Assembly (NCBI RefSeq): GCF_001194135.2
Contig: NC_068996.1
Coordinates: 6,535,152 to 6,599,151, forward strand
Direction: 5' to 3'
DNA length: 64,000 nt
Source: Octopus bimaculoides
Taxonomy: Eukaryota
Positions 63,780 through 64,000 of the stretch are shown one piece after another. Numbering within the stretch: position 1 is the stretch's first letter; each line of letters opens with the position of its first letter. The position numbers and the translations under genes are program-made. The notes beneath the pieces are model-generated. The model ran no database searches and was not told the DNA's origin. It was given only the letters and a program-made list of their open reading frames with translations.

Positions 63780-64000
63780 CCATTGTTATGATCGGCCATT
63801 ATTATGATTGACCGTTGACTGAACACTATTCAATTTTTTTTCTCCGTGTTTTTCTCCTTGTCTCCGTATTCTTTCTGTTGAAGAGCGTAGCTCGAAACGT
63901 CAAAGACTTTCCGTATTCCCAAGCGTCATACTAATATATCCTTTTGTTATTTACACCACCTGTCCTCGTCTGTTGTTATTATTTGTATATTCTCCCATAT
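63780..64000 (+). mobile_element. Penelope-like 3' terminal region
   Basis: CpG-rich; carries a hammerhead-like motif; homologous to 18525-18700 and 58466-58600. Confidence 0.6.
63870..63906 (+). ncRNA. Minimal hammerhead motif with a CUGUUGA core variant
   Basis: TCTTT-CTGTTGA-A-GAGC(gta)GCTC-GAA-ACGT-C-AAAGA; GUC cleavage triplet at 63899-63901. Confidence 0.62.

Overview
AT-rich, repeat-dense eukaryotic DNA from a gapped scaffold (about 20 N-runs, largest 51230-52207). It is most likely an octopod cephalopod, inferred from the repeat families and a degenerate 'HCDICGKSFS'-type C2H2 array; no search was run. The window is dominated by RTE-clade LINE fragments and their (GAT)n-tailed 3' UTR (about 20 copies), three tRNA-headed SINE families (labelled SINE-1/2/3 here), and R4/Dong and CR1 LINE remnants. 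There are also hAT, mariner and piggyBac-type MITEs and many microsatellites. No intact gene can be named. Nearly all ORF-track entries are microsatellite, gap or repeat read-throughs; a few splice-bounded exon candidates are listed at low confidence. Highlights: (1) a tRNA-headed SINE with a Penelope-type minimal hammerhead-ribozyme tail and a 20-bp inverted terminal copy (45880-46176); (2) two more hammerhead-shaped folds with non-canonical cores (63870-63906, 24132-24182); (3) a frameshifted C2H2 zinc-finger pseudogene (61460-61752); (4) a clustered trio of R4/Dong 3' ends tied to (TAA)n; (5) a CpG-retaining domain of about 9 kb. Element boundaries were set by eye and are approximate unless a TSD or splice site is quoted.
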